The notes below the pieces were generated by a model. That model saw only the letters and a list, made by a program, of their open reading frames with translations, was not told where the DNA came from and did not search any database. Of a stretch of DNA of 64,000 nt, positions 36,442 to 46,058 are shown in pieces. How positions within the stretch are numbered: the stretch's first letter is position 1; every line of letters starts with the position of its first letter. The stretch lies in contig CAXXHO010000003.1 in NCBI GenBank assembly GCA_963667725.2, positions 1,664,001 to 1,728,000 on the forward strand, given 5' to 3'. Source of the stretch: Treponemataceae bacterium. Its GTDB lineage: Bacteria > Spirochaetota > Spirochaetia > Treponematales > Rectinemataceae. A program made the translations under genes and the position numbers.

Positions 36442-37631
36442 CGGTTCCTCCTATCAAGGTTCTCCACGAGGTCTTTCAGGTCCATTCCATCCGCGGGTAT
36501 GGATTCGCGCCAGTAGGCTACTGACTTCTTAAGTCCGTCCAGCGAATCGCGAAGGTACGCTATGTTCGAAATGAAGATTTCAAAGGATAAATAGATGGCT
36601 TCCGCTCTCGGAGGCATCGCCGGATCGATGGGCTTGTCGTAGGCGGCCAAAAGAGCGCCGAGAAGCGCCCTCCCCTTTATAATTCCCTTTTCGTTGGCAG
36701 CCTGCGTAAATGCGGCGTGCCCGGAGGTCAGGCCATCCGTCTGCTGCATATGGATGATCGGCGAATAGGCGCCCAGCTCCTCGAGCCAGGCGTAGGGCTT
36801 TCCATCCTTTTCCTCAGCGAAAAGGTGGGGATACATGTCAAAGATCGCCTCCAAGGCAGAAATCGTTTTTTCTTCGGATTGGCTGGCCGCATTCTTCGCG
36901 AGATAATCCCATGCTTCATCGGGGCCGAGCCAGAAGTTGGTCACCGTCAGTCCAGCCTTTACGGCGGCGACACAGCGGCCAAGCGTCTCGGCGTCGGGCC
37001 GCAGGAACCGCCGCTGGCCGACCATGTGCCCTACATCGATCGTTGTATAGAAGGGAGCCTTTCCGACCGCATAGACATCGGCCAGAAACTTCTTGGTTTC
37101 TTCGATCCTCCATGGCGTCTGATGAGGAGCGTACATCTGCTCGCAGCTTAAGGGTACGCCCTTGAGCCAGGCTTTCGCCGACAGTTCGCCGTACGCCTGG
37201 ACGACCTTCTTCGATTCAGCCGCGAAACTGGCTGGGTTTTGGAGGATATTCTCCGGAATGGCATGGAATGAAAAACCGATTCCCGCGCCGAGTTCGGCCG
37301 CATAAGGAATGAGTGTCCCGAACCATCCATCCATGATCTGTCTTTTGGCGCGATCGTCGTGGTGGGCAAGGCCTATCGTCCTGTATGTCTGATAGCCGGT
37401 GAAGAAGTTGGCGATTCTCATGCCAAGCCTCGCTTGCCCCGACTTCACTTCGGTGAGCCAAAAATCCATGTAGTCAGGCGGGAGAAAGAGTGGATCGATC
37501 TCATTGTCGGTGCTGGCTTCTATATAGTCGACGCCGAGTCCTTTTATAAGCGGCATCCACTCGGAAGGACGAGCCCATCTCTTGATCGCAAAGCAATTGT
37601 CCATCGTGAGAAAAATCCGGGGATAGGCCAT
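36438..37631 (-). CDS. EryC-like ketose-phosphate epimerase (xylose isomerase-like TIM barrel)
   Basis: DNCFAIKRW, EQM, IDVGH, PYAW...SPIIHMQQT..GH..FT...N.KG, FEIF, SVAYW match my recollection of Brucella EryC motifs; has an internal insertion. Confidence 0.7.
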   Translation of the reverse strand: MAYPRIFLTMDNCFAIKRWARPSEWMPLIKGLGVDYIEASTDNEIDPLFLPPDYMDFWLTEVKSGQARLGMRIANFFTGYQTYRTIGLAHHDDRAKRQIMDGWFGTLIPYAAELGAGIGFSFHAIPENILQNPASFAAESKKVVQAYGELSAKAWLKGVPLSCEQMYAPHQTPWRIEETKKFLADVYAVGKAPFYTTIDVGHMVGQRRFLRPDAETLGRCVAAVKAGLTVTNFWLGPDEAWDYLAKNAASQSEEKTISALEAIFDMYPHLFAEEKDGKPYAWLEELGAYSPIIHMQQTDGLTSGHAAFTQAANEKGIIKGRALLGALLAAYDKPIDPAMPPRAEAIYLSFEIFISNIAYLRDSLDGLKKSVAYWRESIPADGMDLKDLVENLDRRNR

Positions 37632-37675
37632 TCGTGCCTCCGTGCTGGTATTATTAAACCACAATTTCGAAGATT

Positions 37676-37745
37676 ATGATAATATAATAACGATATCCTG
37701 TCAATAAAAATTTTATTTGACAATATTCTGATACCGTTATACCAT
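37676..37745. promoter_or_regulatory. Back-to-back divergent sigma70 promoters
   Basis: Minus strand TTGACA(37704-37699)-N17-TATCAT; plus strand TTGACA(37717-37722)-N17-TACCAT; the two share a 12-bp AT-only spacer. Confidence 0.75.
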
Positions 37746-37787
37746 AATCAAAGAAACGGTATTCGGAATCCAGGAAAAGGGGAACGT

Positions 37788-38837
37788 ATGCGCGCATTTC
37801 TTTATGAAGGAACTAATAAACTGGAGCTTAAGGAAATAGCCAAACCTTCGGCATCGGAAAACAGCGCCACGATCAAGGTATTGGCCACTTCCATCTGCGG
37901 CACCGACCTGCGAACCTACAGGTTCGGATCCTCGAAAATAGCGCCTCCGCGGGTCATCGGTCATGAAGTGATTGGTAGAATAGAAACATTAGGGGCCGCC
38001 GTCCAGGGATTTGCCGTAGGCGACCGCGTGCAGATCGCGCCAGCCATCGGCTGTGGCAAGTGCAGACCATGCCTCCACGGCCACACGAACCTCTGCGACA
38101 GCCTCAAGACGATCGGCTTCCAATACGATGGTACTTTCGCCGATTATATGGAGATTCCCGCTTCCGCTTTCGAAATGGGAAACGTTACGAAGGTAGAAAG
38201 CCCCATCCCCGACACGGAAGCCGTCCTTTCAGAGCCAATAGCCTGCGTCATCAACGCACAGGAATACCTCGCCATAGAGAAGGGCGACACCGTCGCCATA
38301 TTCGGTTCGGGATTCATCGGCTGCATGCATGCCGAACTCGCCTGGAAGAAGGGAGCCTCGAAGGTGTTCATGATCGAACTCAACGCCCATCGCCGCGAGA
38401 TGTCCAAAGCGATCATGCCCAACCTCATCGCGATAGATCCCTCCCAAGGTTCCGTTGTCGACCAGATTCTCAAGGCGACCGGCGGCGATGGCGTTGATGT
38501 CGTCATAACCGCTTGCTCCTCCGGCGAAGCCCAGCGCGACGCCATGAAGATCGCGGCGAAGAGAGGGAGGCTCAGCCTCTTCGGCGGATTGCCGAACGGC
38601 GTTCCATCGACCGGCTACATCGACAGCAACCTCATTCACTACCGCGAAATATCCGTGTACGGAGTCCACGCCTCCACCGCCGCGCAGAACAGGAAAGCTC
38701 TCTCCCTCATATCCTCGGGAGAACTTTCGGTTAAGCCTTTCGCGGGAGATATCTTTCCCCTGTCGCGCATCGAAGACGCGTTCGCCGAGATCAACGGCGA
38801 GCGCATCATGAAGGCGATCATCGTCCCTGGAGCCTGA
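37788..38837 (+). CDS. Zn-dependent polyol/sugar-alcohol dehydrogenase (MDR family)
   Basis: ICGTD, GHE, CGKCRPC..G..NLC, EPIAC, GSGFIG. Confidence 0.9.
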   Translation: MRAFLYEGTNKLELKEIAKPSASENSATIKVLATSICGTDLRTYRFGSSKIAPPRVIGHEVIGRIETLGAAVQGFAVGDRVQIAPAIGCGKCRPCLHGHTNLCDSLKTIGFQYDGTFADYMEIPASAFEMGNVTKVESPIPDTEAVLSEPIACVINAQEYLAIEKGDTVAIFGSGFIGCMHAELAWKKGASKVFMIELNAHRREMSKAIMPNLIAIDPSQGSVVDQILKATGGDGVDVVITACSSGEAQRDAMKIAAKRGRLSLFGGLPNGVPSTGYIDSNLIHYREISVYGVHASTAAQNRKALSLISSGELSVKPFAGDIFPLSRIEDAFAEINGERIMKAIIVPGA

Positions 38838-38838
38838 G

Positions 38839-40332
38839 ATGGCTGAATTCGTCCTGCAGATGAAGAACATCGTGAAATCCTACTCGGGGGTGAAGGTCCT
38901 CAAAGGGGTCGACCTCGAACTGAGAAAGGGCGAGATACTCGGCCTGGTCGGAGAAAACGGAGCCGGCAAATCGACCCTGATGAAGATTCTGTCTGGCGGT
39001 ACGAGACCCGATGAAGGCAGCATCCTCATCGATGGCGAAATTGTGCAGGTCACCGATCCCATCAGGGCGAGACAACTGAAAATTTGCATGGTCCAGCAGG
39101 AACTCAGTCTCATCAATACGCTTTCAATTCGCGACAACATCGTTCTTGGCAATGAAAACAGGCGGGGATTTTTCCGTACCCTCGACCAGACCGAACATCG
39201 AAGGAGGGCGATTGAAGCCTTGAAGCTCGTCGACCTCGACCTCGATGTCGATCAGCAGGTGGGCAAGGTGTCCGTAGCCTACCAGCAGATGATAGAAATC
39301 GCGAGGAATCTCGCGAGTGAGCCCCGTGTTCTCGTCCTCGACGAACCGACAACGGCCCTGACCCTCGTGGAGGCAAAAATCCTCCTCGAAAAAATGATAC
39401 TGCTCAGGGATTCGGGAGCTTCCATCATCTTCATCTCCCATAAGCTTGAGGAGATCATGTCCGTATCCGACCGCCTCCTCGTCCTGCGGGACGGCGAACG
39501 CGTGGCAGACCTTAAGGCGGGCGATGTCACGAGAGCTCAGCTCATCTACCATATGGTAGGCGACAAGGCACTCCACAAGAAGTCCGACCGGAGGATCCCG
39601 GCCGACGCGAAAGAATGCCTGAAAGTCTCGGATCTTTCGAGAAAAGGCCTTTTCAACAATGTTTCTTTCCGCCTGCGCGAAGGTGAAGTGCTCGGCATTT
39701 TCGGATTGAAAGGCGCCGGCAGGAGCGAAGTCGCCATGTCCATCTTTGGCGCGCTCGAACACGACAAAGGAACAGTCGAGATTCCTGGCGAAAAGGAAAT
39801 AACCTGGGCTCCGCGCAGCGCCATACGCCACGGCATCGGTTTCCTCACGGAAGACAGAAAGGCCACGGGAATATTCCCAAATTGCTCTCTGCGGGAAAAC
39901 ATTTCCATTGTCGACATGCGGAGGGTCTTGGATTCCCTCGGCAGGATAAATAGAAAAAAAGAAGAGAGCGCGGCGAAACGCTTTATCGGCGAACTCAATA
40001 TCAAGGCCTTTTCATCGAGCCAGAAGATCAAGAATCTTTCGGGCGGAAACCAGCAGAAGGTTATCATTGGGCGATGGCTTTTCAACGATTCCAAGGTTCT
40101 GATTCTCGATGAGCCGACAAAGGGCGTCGACATCGGCGCCAAACAGGAAATTTACCAGCAGATCGAAAAACTCGCCGAGGCAGGACGGGGAATTCTCCTC
40201 ATCTCATCCGAGCTGGACGAGATCATGGCCTTGAGCGACAGGATCCTGATCATGCGTACCGGCGAAGTGACGGCGGAATTCGAGAAAAACCAGGCGTCCT
40301 ACAAAGAAATCATGCATTACGCGGCTGGCTGA
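38839..40332 (+). CDS. Monosaccharide/polyol ABC transporter ATP-binding protein (RbsA-like)
   Basis: GENGAGKST, QQEL, LDEPT, TEDRK, LSGGNQQK, DEPTKGVDIGAK. Confidence 0.94.
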   Translation: MAEFVLQMKNIVKSYSGVKVLKGVDLELRKGEILGLVGENGAGKSTLMKILSGGTRPDEGSILIDGEIVQVTDPIRARQLKICMVQQELSLINTLSIRDNIVLGNENRRGFFRTLDQTEHRRRAIEALKLVDLDLDVDQQVGKVSVAYQQMIEIARNLASEPRVLVLDEPTTALTLVEAKILLEKMILLRDSGASIIFISHKLEEIMSVSDRLLVLRDGERVADLKAGDVTRAQLIYHMVGDKALHKKSDRRIPADAKECLKVSDLSRKGLFNNVSFRLREGEVLGIFGLKGAGRSEVAMSIFGALEHDKGTVEIPGEKEITWAPRSAIRHGIGFLTEDRKATGIFPNCSLRENISIVDMRRVLDSLGRINRKKEESAAKRFIGELNIKAFSSSQKIKNLSGGNQQKVIIGRWLFNDSKVLILDEPTKGVDIGAKQEIYQQIEKLAEAGRGILLISSELDEIMALSDRILIMRTGEVTAEFEKNQASYKEIMHYAAG

Positions 40333-40351
40333 AAAGGCAGCGGAGGAAAAA

Positions 40352-41296
40352 GTGAGCGACATCAAAGGCATAACTTCAATTGCGAGACATAATATTCTCT
40401 ATTTGGGGCTCGGCGTCATCATCATAGCTCTCTCGATTCTCTCGCCGGCTTTCATGACGGTAGGCAATATCTTCGACATAATCCTTCAGTCATCGATCAA
40501 CGGGATCATCGCCCTCGGTGTCACATTCGTGATCACCACCGGCGGCATCGACCTTTCGGTCGGCGCGATATGGGGCTTGACCGGTGTCGCCTGCGGCCTT
40601 CTTCTGAAAACGGGCATGCCTTGGGGATTGGCCATCCTCGGCTGCATCCTGGCAGGCGCGCTCTGCGGATTCTTCTCTGGCGTGCTCATAACCAAAGGAA
40701 GAATACAGGCTTTCATCGCGACTCTCGCCACGATGAGCATCTATCGCGGCATTTCCCTGATCATCACGAAGGGATACACCGTCTACAATTTCCCCAAGGG
40801 CTTTCGTTACCTTGGAGCCGGCAGGCTTTTTGGCGTCATACCGATACCAGTCTTCATACTTCTCGCCGTTCTGCTGATCAGCATTTTCTTATTCGAGCGC
40901 ACAACGTTCGGAAGGTATCTGGTCGCCATAGGAAACAATAAGGAAGCCGCAAGGTTGTGCGGCATCGATATCAACAGGATGATTACGCTGGCTTATGTCT
41001 ACTCGGGCATTCTCTGCGCGATAGGCGGGGGCATCATAGCCACGGCCAGGCTCAACGCAGGCGAACCGATCGCCGGAAGCGGTGCGGAAACGGACGCGAT
41101 CGCGGCTGTCGTGATAGGCGGCACCAGCCTCGCGGGCGGGGTCACAAAGATAAGGAGAACGGTGATCGGCGCGCTTCTCCTTGGCATGACGAACAACGGG
41201 CTCACGCTTCTCAACGTGCCGACCTACTACAAGATGGCGGTCGTCGGAATAATCATCATCCTCGCCATGCTCGGCGACTCGATAAACAAGGACTAA
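40352..41296 (+). CDS. Monosaccharide/polyol ABC transporter permease (RbsC-like)
   Basis: GGIDLSVG, FIATL, GNNKEAARLCGI, DAIAAVVIGGTSL; GTG start after GGAGG. Confidence 0.94.
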   Translation: MSDIKGITSIARHNILYLGLGVIIIALSILSPAFMTVGNIFDIILQSSINGIIALGVTFVITTGGIDLSVGAIWGLTGVACGLLLKTGMPWGLAILGCILAGALCGFFSGVLITKGRIQAFIATLATMSIYRGISLIITKGYTVYNFPKGFRYLGAGRLFGVIPIPVFILLAVLLISIFLFERTTFGRYLVAIGNNKEAARLCGIDINRMITLAYVYSGILCAIGGGIIATARLNAGEPIAGSGAETDAIAAVVIGGTSLAGGVTKIRRTVIGALLLGMTNNGLTLLNVPTYYKMAVVGIIIILAMLGDSINKD

Positions 41297-41344
41297 TCCC
41301 GCACGCAGGTGACGGGTTAGATCATATTTTCCCAGGAGGCTTTT

Positions 41345-42388
41345 ATGAGAAGCAAGAAGGTTTTCGCAATGTTCTGCGCGATGTTCCTGCTCGTATCGGG
41401 CGTTTTCGCGCAAGACTATTTCCTCTCTGACTTCATGGGACTCAAAAGTGGTTCGTTCCTCGCAAGCGTTCCCCGCCCCACGAAGAAGTACAAGATCGCC
41501 AACATCACCCGCACCCTCATGAACGAGCACTGGGTGAAGAACAAGGAAGGTTTCGAAGCCGCGCTGAAGCATTACGGCCTGGCTGGCGACGTGTTCTCCG
41601 TCATGTCCGAGCAGGATGTCATGGCCCAGGCCAACCTTCTCGACACCGTCATCGCCAAGGGCTACAACGCCGTCGTCGTGTCCCCCATCAGCGAGAAGAA
41701 CCTTCTCCCCGGCCTCGCTCTCGCCGCCAAGAAGGGTATGAAGATCATCAACGTCGACACCGCCGAAATCCTGCCGGCCGACGCGACCGCCAATGGCATC
41801 ACCGTCTCGGCCTTCATCGGATCCGACAACTATTCGGCCGGAGTGCTCGCCCTTGACTACATCAAATCCAAGCTCGGCGAGAAGAAAGGCAAAGTGGCGG
41901 TCATCGAAGGACGCCCCGGCGACACCTGCGCCATCGACCGCACCGGCGGATTCGTCGATCAGGCCAAGAAATACTCGAACATCACCGTCGCCGCATCACA
42001 GTCCGGCCAGTGGGATCGCCTCAAGTCCATGGAAATCGTCACCAGCATCCTCCGCGCCACCCCCGACATCATGGGAATCTACTGCAACAACGACACCATG
42101 GTTCTCGGTGCCATGAGCGCCGCCGCCGACCTCGGCTACAGAATCCTGAACGCTTCCAACGTCGAAGCCGACGCCGGCAAGCCCAAGACTCTCATCCTCA
42201 TCGGAAACGATGGCGTACCCGAGGCTCTCGAAGCCGTACGCGATGGAACCCTCACCGGCACGATCGCCCAGAAACCCTTCCTCATGGGTTACGCCGCGGT
42301 AGAAGCCGCGATCCAGGCCCTGGAAGGCAAGCCTGTTCAGCCCAGGATCGCAACACCGATCAAGCTCCTCGTGAAGACTGATTTCTGA
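41345..42388 (+). CDS. Sugar ABC transporter substrate-binding protein (RbsB/AlsB-like)
   Basis: Signal peptide; TLMNEHW, NVD, IGSDN, R..GF, WDR, NNDTM, GNDG, AQKP. Confidence 0.92.
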   Translation: MRSKKVFAMFCAMFLLVSGVFAQDYFLSDFMGLKSGSFLASVPRPTKKYKIANITRTLMNEHWVKNKEGFEAALKHYGLAGDVFSVMSEQDVMAQANLLDTVIAKGYNAVVVSPISEKNLLPGLALAAKKGMKIINVDTAEILPADATANGITVSAFIGSDNYSAGVLALDYIKSKLGEKKGKVAVIEGRPGDTCAIDRTGGFVDQAKKYSNITVAASQSGQWDRLKSMEIVTSILRATPDIMGIYCNNDTMVLGAMSAAADLGYRILNASNVEADAGKPKTLILIGNDGVPEALEAVRDGTLTGTIAQKPFLMGYAAVEAAIQALEGKPVQPRIATPIKLLVKTDF

Positions 42389-42418
42389 GTTTATTTCCAT
42401 CGGCGCACGAAGAAGCCT

Positions 42419-42449
42419 AGGGCCGCTCCATATGGAACGGCCCTTTCTT
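42419..42449 (+). terminator. Intrinsic terminator after the substrate-binding protein gene
   Basis: AGGGCCG-CTCCATATGGAA-CGGCCCT followed by TTCTT. Confidence 0.65.
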
Positions 42450-42499
42450 ATGCGCAACGAGGCGAGTTGATCGGATGTCGTCGGACTGCCAAACGCTTT

Positions 42500-43270
42500 T
42501 CAGGTGAGATAGATTTTCTTTCCGAATTTGTTGACGAGATTCACGTATTTCGGGGGAACGTTCTCATCGGTGATAGTAATGTCGAAATCGCCGAGGTTGG
42601 CGAAAAAAGCCGGGCTCACCTGATCGAACTTGGACGAATCGACAAGGAGGACATTGGTAAGGCTCGAGGCGAGCGTGGCTCGCAGTATTTCTATGGTGTA
42701 GTGATTCATCGACGTCACGCCCATCCTGTCACTCACGCCGCTCGCGCTCGTGAAAAACATCGTGGCCCTGTTTTTTTTGATGAACTCAACGCTTTCCGGG
42801 CTCTCGAACATGAGTGTCTCTTCGTGAAAAAAGCCGCCCGGAAAGATGATGTTGCATTTTTGCTTTTTCCTGATCTCCATCAGGATATTCAAGGCGTTGG
42901 TGATCACGGTGAGGGGTAGGTCGTTGGGGATCGCCTTCGCGAAAATTTCCGTGGTCGATCCGTAGCTGATAAAGATCACATCGTTCGGCTTCAGAAGCGA
43001 CACCGCCTTCTTCGCGATCGACGACTTCAGGTCGATGTTGTGGTTGCAGGCGTCGAGAAGAAAGTACTTGCTCGCGAAAGAGTTGTTTCCTCTTTGATTG
43101 CTCAGTACGGCGCCATGGACGATCTTGACGAGTTCATCCTTGGCGAGAGCATCGACATCGCGGCGGATGGTCATGACCGATACATCCAGCTGTCCGGCTA
43201 GTTCACGGACCGTCGCCGACTGGTGTATATCGAGGTATTCGAGTATCATCTTGACTCTTTGATCTTTCAC
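42500..43270 (-). CDS. DeoR/GlpR family transcriptional regulator
   Basis: VRELAGQLDVSVMTIRRD, GSTT, VITNA, LVDSSKF; GTG start, probably leaderless. Confidence 0.93.
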   Translation of the reverse strand: MKDQRVKMILEYLDIHQSATVRELAGQLDVSVMTIRRDVDALAKDELVKIVHGAVLSNQRGNNSFASKYFLLDACNHNIDLKSSIAKKAVSLLKPNDVIFISYGSTTEIFAKAIPNDLPLTVITNALNILMEIRKKQKCNIIFPGGFFHEETLMFESPESVEFIKKNRATMFFTSASGVSDRMGVTSMNHYTIEILRATLASSLTNVLLVDSSKFDQVSPAFFANLGDFDITITDENVPPKYVNLVNKFGKKIYLT

Positions 43271-43276
43271 AAAACA

Positions 43277-43306
43277 AGCATAAATACCATTCGATACGAT
43301 TGTCAA
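43277..43306 (-). promoter_or_regulatory. sigma70-type promoter of the deoR-like gene (leaderless)
   Basis: TTGACA-N18-TATGCT-N6-GTG. Confidence 0.65.
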
Positions 43307-43396
43307 GAACCAATTACCAAAGGAAACTAATGTTTTTATCATATATACTTAATTGCAGCATATTTTATTTTTTTATAAATATGATCAACTTTAATA

Positions 43397-43424
43397 TTGA
43401 CATATTTACCATATATGTTACTAT
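43397..43424 (+). promoter_or_regulatory. sigma70-type promoter of the SDR-kinase operon
   Basis: TTGACA-N16-TACTAT with TGn extension, in a very AT-rich intergenic region. Confidence 0.6.
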
Positions 43425-43499
43425 ATTACCTTGAAATCTTGATATTATTTATTATTTTATCTATTCTATGGTTTTTACATACCATTTGGAGGATTCAGG

Positions 43500-44255
43500 A
43501 TGATTGGACCCAGGTTTACGGGAAAAGTGGCGGTGATAACGGGAGCGGCGCAGGGCATCGGACGTCAAATCGCGAACGACATGGCCGATGAAGGCGCAAC
43601 GGTCATCATCAGCGACATCAACAAGGCCGACATCGATGCCACAGTCCAGGAGATCACGGCCAAGGGCGGAAAAGCTTTCCCCTACCTCTGCGATATTTCC
43701 GACAGAGAGCAGATCGACAAGCTCGTCGAAACCATTGTCGCGGCTCACGCCCGCCTCGACATTCTCGTGAACAACGCCGGCATTCTTGTTCCCGCCACCA
43801 TCGAGGAAACCACCGACCAGCTCATCGACAAGACCATCGACATCAACCTGAAAGGCGTGCTCTGGGCAATCCGCGCCGTGACGCCTTTCATGAAGAAGGC
43901 CGGATACGGCCGCATCGTCAACATCGCCTCGATAACGGGCAAGAACGGCGACAACTCATCGACCTTCGTCTATGGGGCAACGAAAGGCGCCGTGATGTCG
44001 CTCACCCGTTCGGTCGCTCGCCAGCTCGGCCCCTTTGGCGTAACATGCAACGCTGTCGCCCCTCACGCCATAATGACGAACATGATGCAGTATTGGGACG
44101 ACGCGAAGAAGAAGAGCATTTCCGACAAGATACCGGTGCGCCGCCTGGGTACGCCCCTCGACGTTTCCCGCGCCGTGCTCTACCTCGCGGCAGACGAAGC
44201 TTCCTTCGTCAACGGCGAAGTGCTCAACATCAACGGCGGCTACTACATGGACTAA
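43500..44255 (+). CDS. Short-chain dehydrogenase/reductase
   Basis: TGAAQGIG, NNAG, YGATK, NAVAP. Confidence 0.93.
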   Translation: MIGPRFTGKVAVITGAAQGIGRQIANDMADEGATVIISDINKADIDATVQEITAKGGKAFPYLCDISDREQIDKLVETIVAAHARLDILVNNAGILVPATIEETTDQLIDKTIDINLKGVLWAIRAVTPFMKKAGYGRIVNIASITGKNGDNSSTFVYGATKGAVMSLTRSVARQLGPFGVTCNAVAPHAIMTNMMQYWDDAKKKSISDKIPVRRLGTPLDVSRAVLYLAADEASFVNGEVLNINGGYYMD

Positions 44256-44319
44256 AGTATCGCGAGTGAGCCCCAGAGTCGCTCGCGTCCGATAGCGAAT
44301 ATCAAAAGAGAGCGAATGT

Positions 44320-46005
44320 ATGGCAGGAAAGTGCGCGATAGGCCTGGACTATGGAACGAACTCCGTCCGGGCCTTGCTTGTGGAAGTCGAGACAGGCAGG
44401 GAAATCTCAGGCAGCGTTCACGGATATGAATCCGGCGAGAAAGGAATAATCCTCGATCCGGCTCACCCCCTCCTCGCCCGCCACAATCCCAGGGATTATC
44501 TCGTCGGCCTTGTGTCTGTCGTGCGAAGCGTCCTGGACCAAGCGCGGCTTAGTGAGAACGTCCAGCCAGCAGACGTGATCGGCCTGGGTGTCGACACGAC
44601 GGGGAGCACGCCCATCCCCGTCGACAGGGATGGCGTGCCCCTCTCCTTCTTTGAAAAGTTCGCCGGCAATCCCAACGCCTTCGCGTGGCTGTGGAAAGAC
44701 CACACATCAACGGCCGAAGCCGAGGAGATCACGAGGTTAGCGAAAAAGCTGCGCCCGGCATATCTGGGAAAGGTCGGCGGCGCCTACTCAAGCGAATGGC
44801 TCTGGTCGAAGCTCCTTCGTTGCAGGCGCTGCGCTCCCGATGTGTTCTCCGCCGCCTGGTCCTGGGTGGAGATGTGCGACTGGATTCCCGCCATCCTCTC
44901 GGGCGATACGCGCCCCGAGAAGATCCGGAGGGGAATCTGCGCGGCGGGGCATAAAGCCTTCTATCACCCCCAGTGGGGCGGTTGGCCAGACGCCGCATTT
45001 CTGGAAGCCCTCGACCCGGAACTTGCGCGGATCGCTTCGACCTTCGCGCCTCTGGCCTTCTCCATCGGAGAAGCCGCCGGTTTCCTCTGCGGGGAATGGG
45101 CGAAAAGGCTAGGCCTTCCAGCAGGAATACCTATAGCCGTAGGCGCTTTTGACGCGCATATAGGTGGCGTCGGCGCCGGGATAGCGGCGAACATACTCGT
45201 CAAGAATATCGGGACCTCCACCTGCGATATGATGGTCTCCGATCTGTCAGATCCTTTACCTGACATTCCCGGCCTTGCGGGAGTCGTCCCCGACTCCATA
45301 CTTCCCGGATATTACGGCCTTGAGGCCGGTCAGTCGGCCGTTGGCGACATATTCAATTGGCTCGCGAACCTCGTCGCCCCTGGCGAGAGCGACAGTCATC
45401 TTGTCCTGCAGGAAGAAGCCTCAAGGATCGCCCCTGGCGAATCGGGCCTCCTCGCCCTCGACTGGCAGAATGGAAATCGCACCATTCTCATGGACCAACG
45501 CCTGACAGGCACGATCATCGGCCTCACCCTCCAGTCCACGCCCGCGGAGATATACCGCGCGCTGGTCGAGGCGACGGCCTTCGGCGCCCGCGTCATCATC
45601 GAACGCTTTGAGGAATATGGCTGCCGCATCGACAAGGTGATCAACTGCGGCGGTATCGCCCAGAAGAGCCCGATGACGATGCAGATCTACGCCGATGTCT
45701 GCGGAAAGACGATGGAGATTTCGCGCTCGAGCCAGACAGGGGCTCTCGGCGGCGCCGTGGCCGCGGCTGTCGTGGCCGGGCCCGGGCGCGGAGGATATAC
45801 CGATTTCCTTGAAGCAGCGAAAAGGATGACGGGGGTGAGCGATGTCAGGTACATCCCCGACCCCGAGCGTTCGGCGACCTACGACAGGCTCTACGCGCTT
45901 TACCGCGACCTTCACGACTCATTCGGGATAGAAGGCGCCGCAACGGACCTCTACGCCTGCATGAAGACACTGATCGAAATACGGGACAGGGCTAGGAAGA
46001 TTTAG
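44320..46005 (+). CDS. araB: Ribulokinase-like FGGY carbohydrate kinase
   Basis: GLDYGTNSVR, DTTGST, WKDHT, YSSEW, AAGHKA, FDAH, GTSTC, EAGQSAVGD, NGNRT, ATAFG, GGIAQK. Confidence 0.85.
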   Translation: MAGKCAIGLDYGTNSVRALLVEVETGREISGSVHGYESGEKGIILDPAHPLLARHNPRDYLVGLVSVVRSVLDQARLSENVQPADVIGLGVDTTGSTPIPVDRDGVPLSFFEKFAGNPNAFAWLWKDHTSTAEAEEITRLAKKLRPAYLGKVGGAYSSEWLWSKLLRCRRCAPDVFSAAWSWVEMCDWIPAILSGDTRPEKIRRGICAAGHKAFYHPQWGGWPDAAFLEALDPELARIASTFAPLAFSIGEAAGFLCGEWAKRLGLPAGIPIAVGAFDAHIGGVGAGIAANILVKNIGTSTCDMMVSDLSDPLPDIPGLAGVVPDSILPGYYGLEAGQSAVGDIFNWLANLVAPGESDSHLVLQEEASRIAPGESGLLALDWQNGNRTILMDQRLTGTIIGLTLQSTPAEIYRALVEATAFGARVIIERFEEYGCRIDKVINCGGIAQKSPMTMQIYADVCGKTMEISRSSQTGALGGAVAAAVVAGPGRGGYTDFLEAAKRMTGVSDVRYIPDPERSATYDRLYALYRDLHDSFGIEGAATDLYACMKTLIEIRDRARKI

Positions 46006-46058
46006 CCGCCCCTCAAGAAGCCTTTCGCGGGTAGCCGACGCATTGGCGCGGTGCCAGT

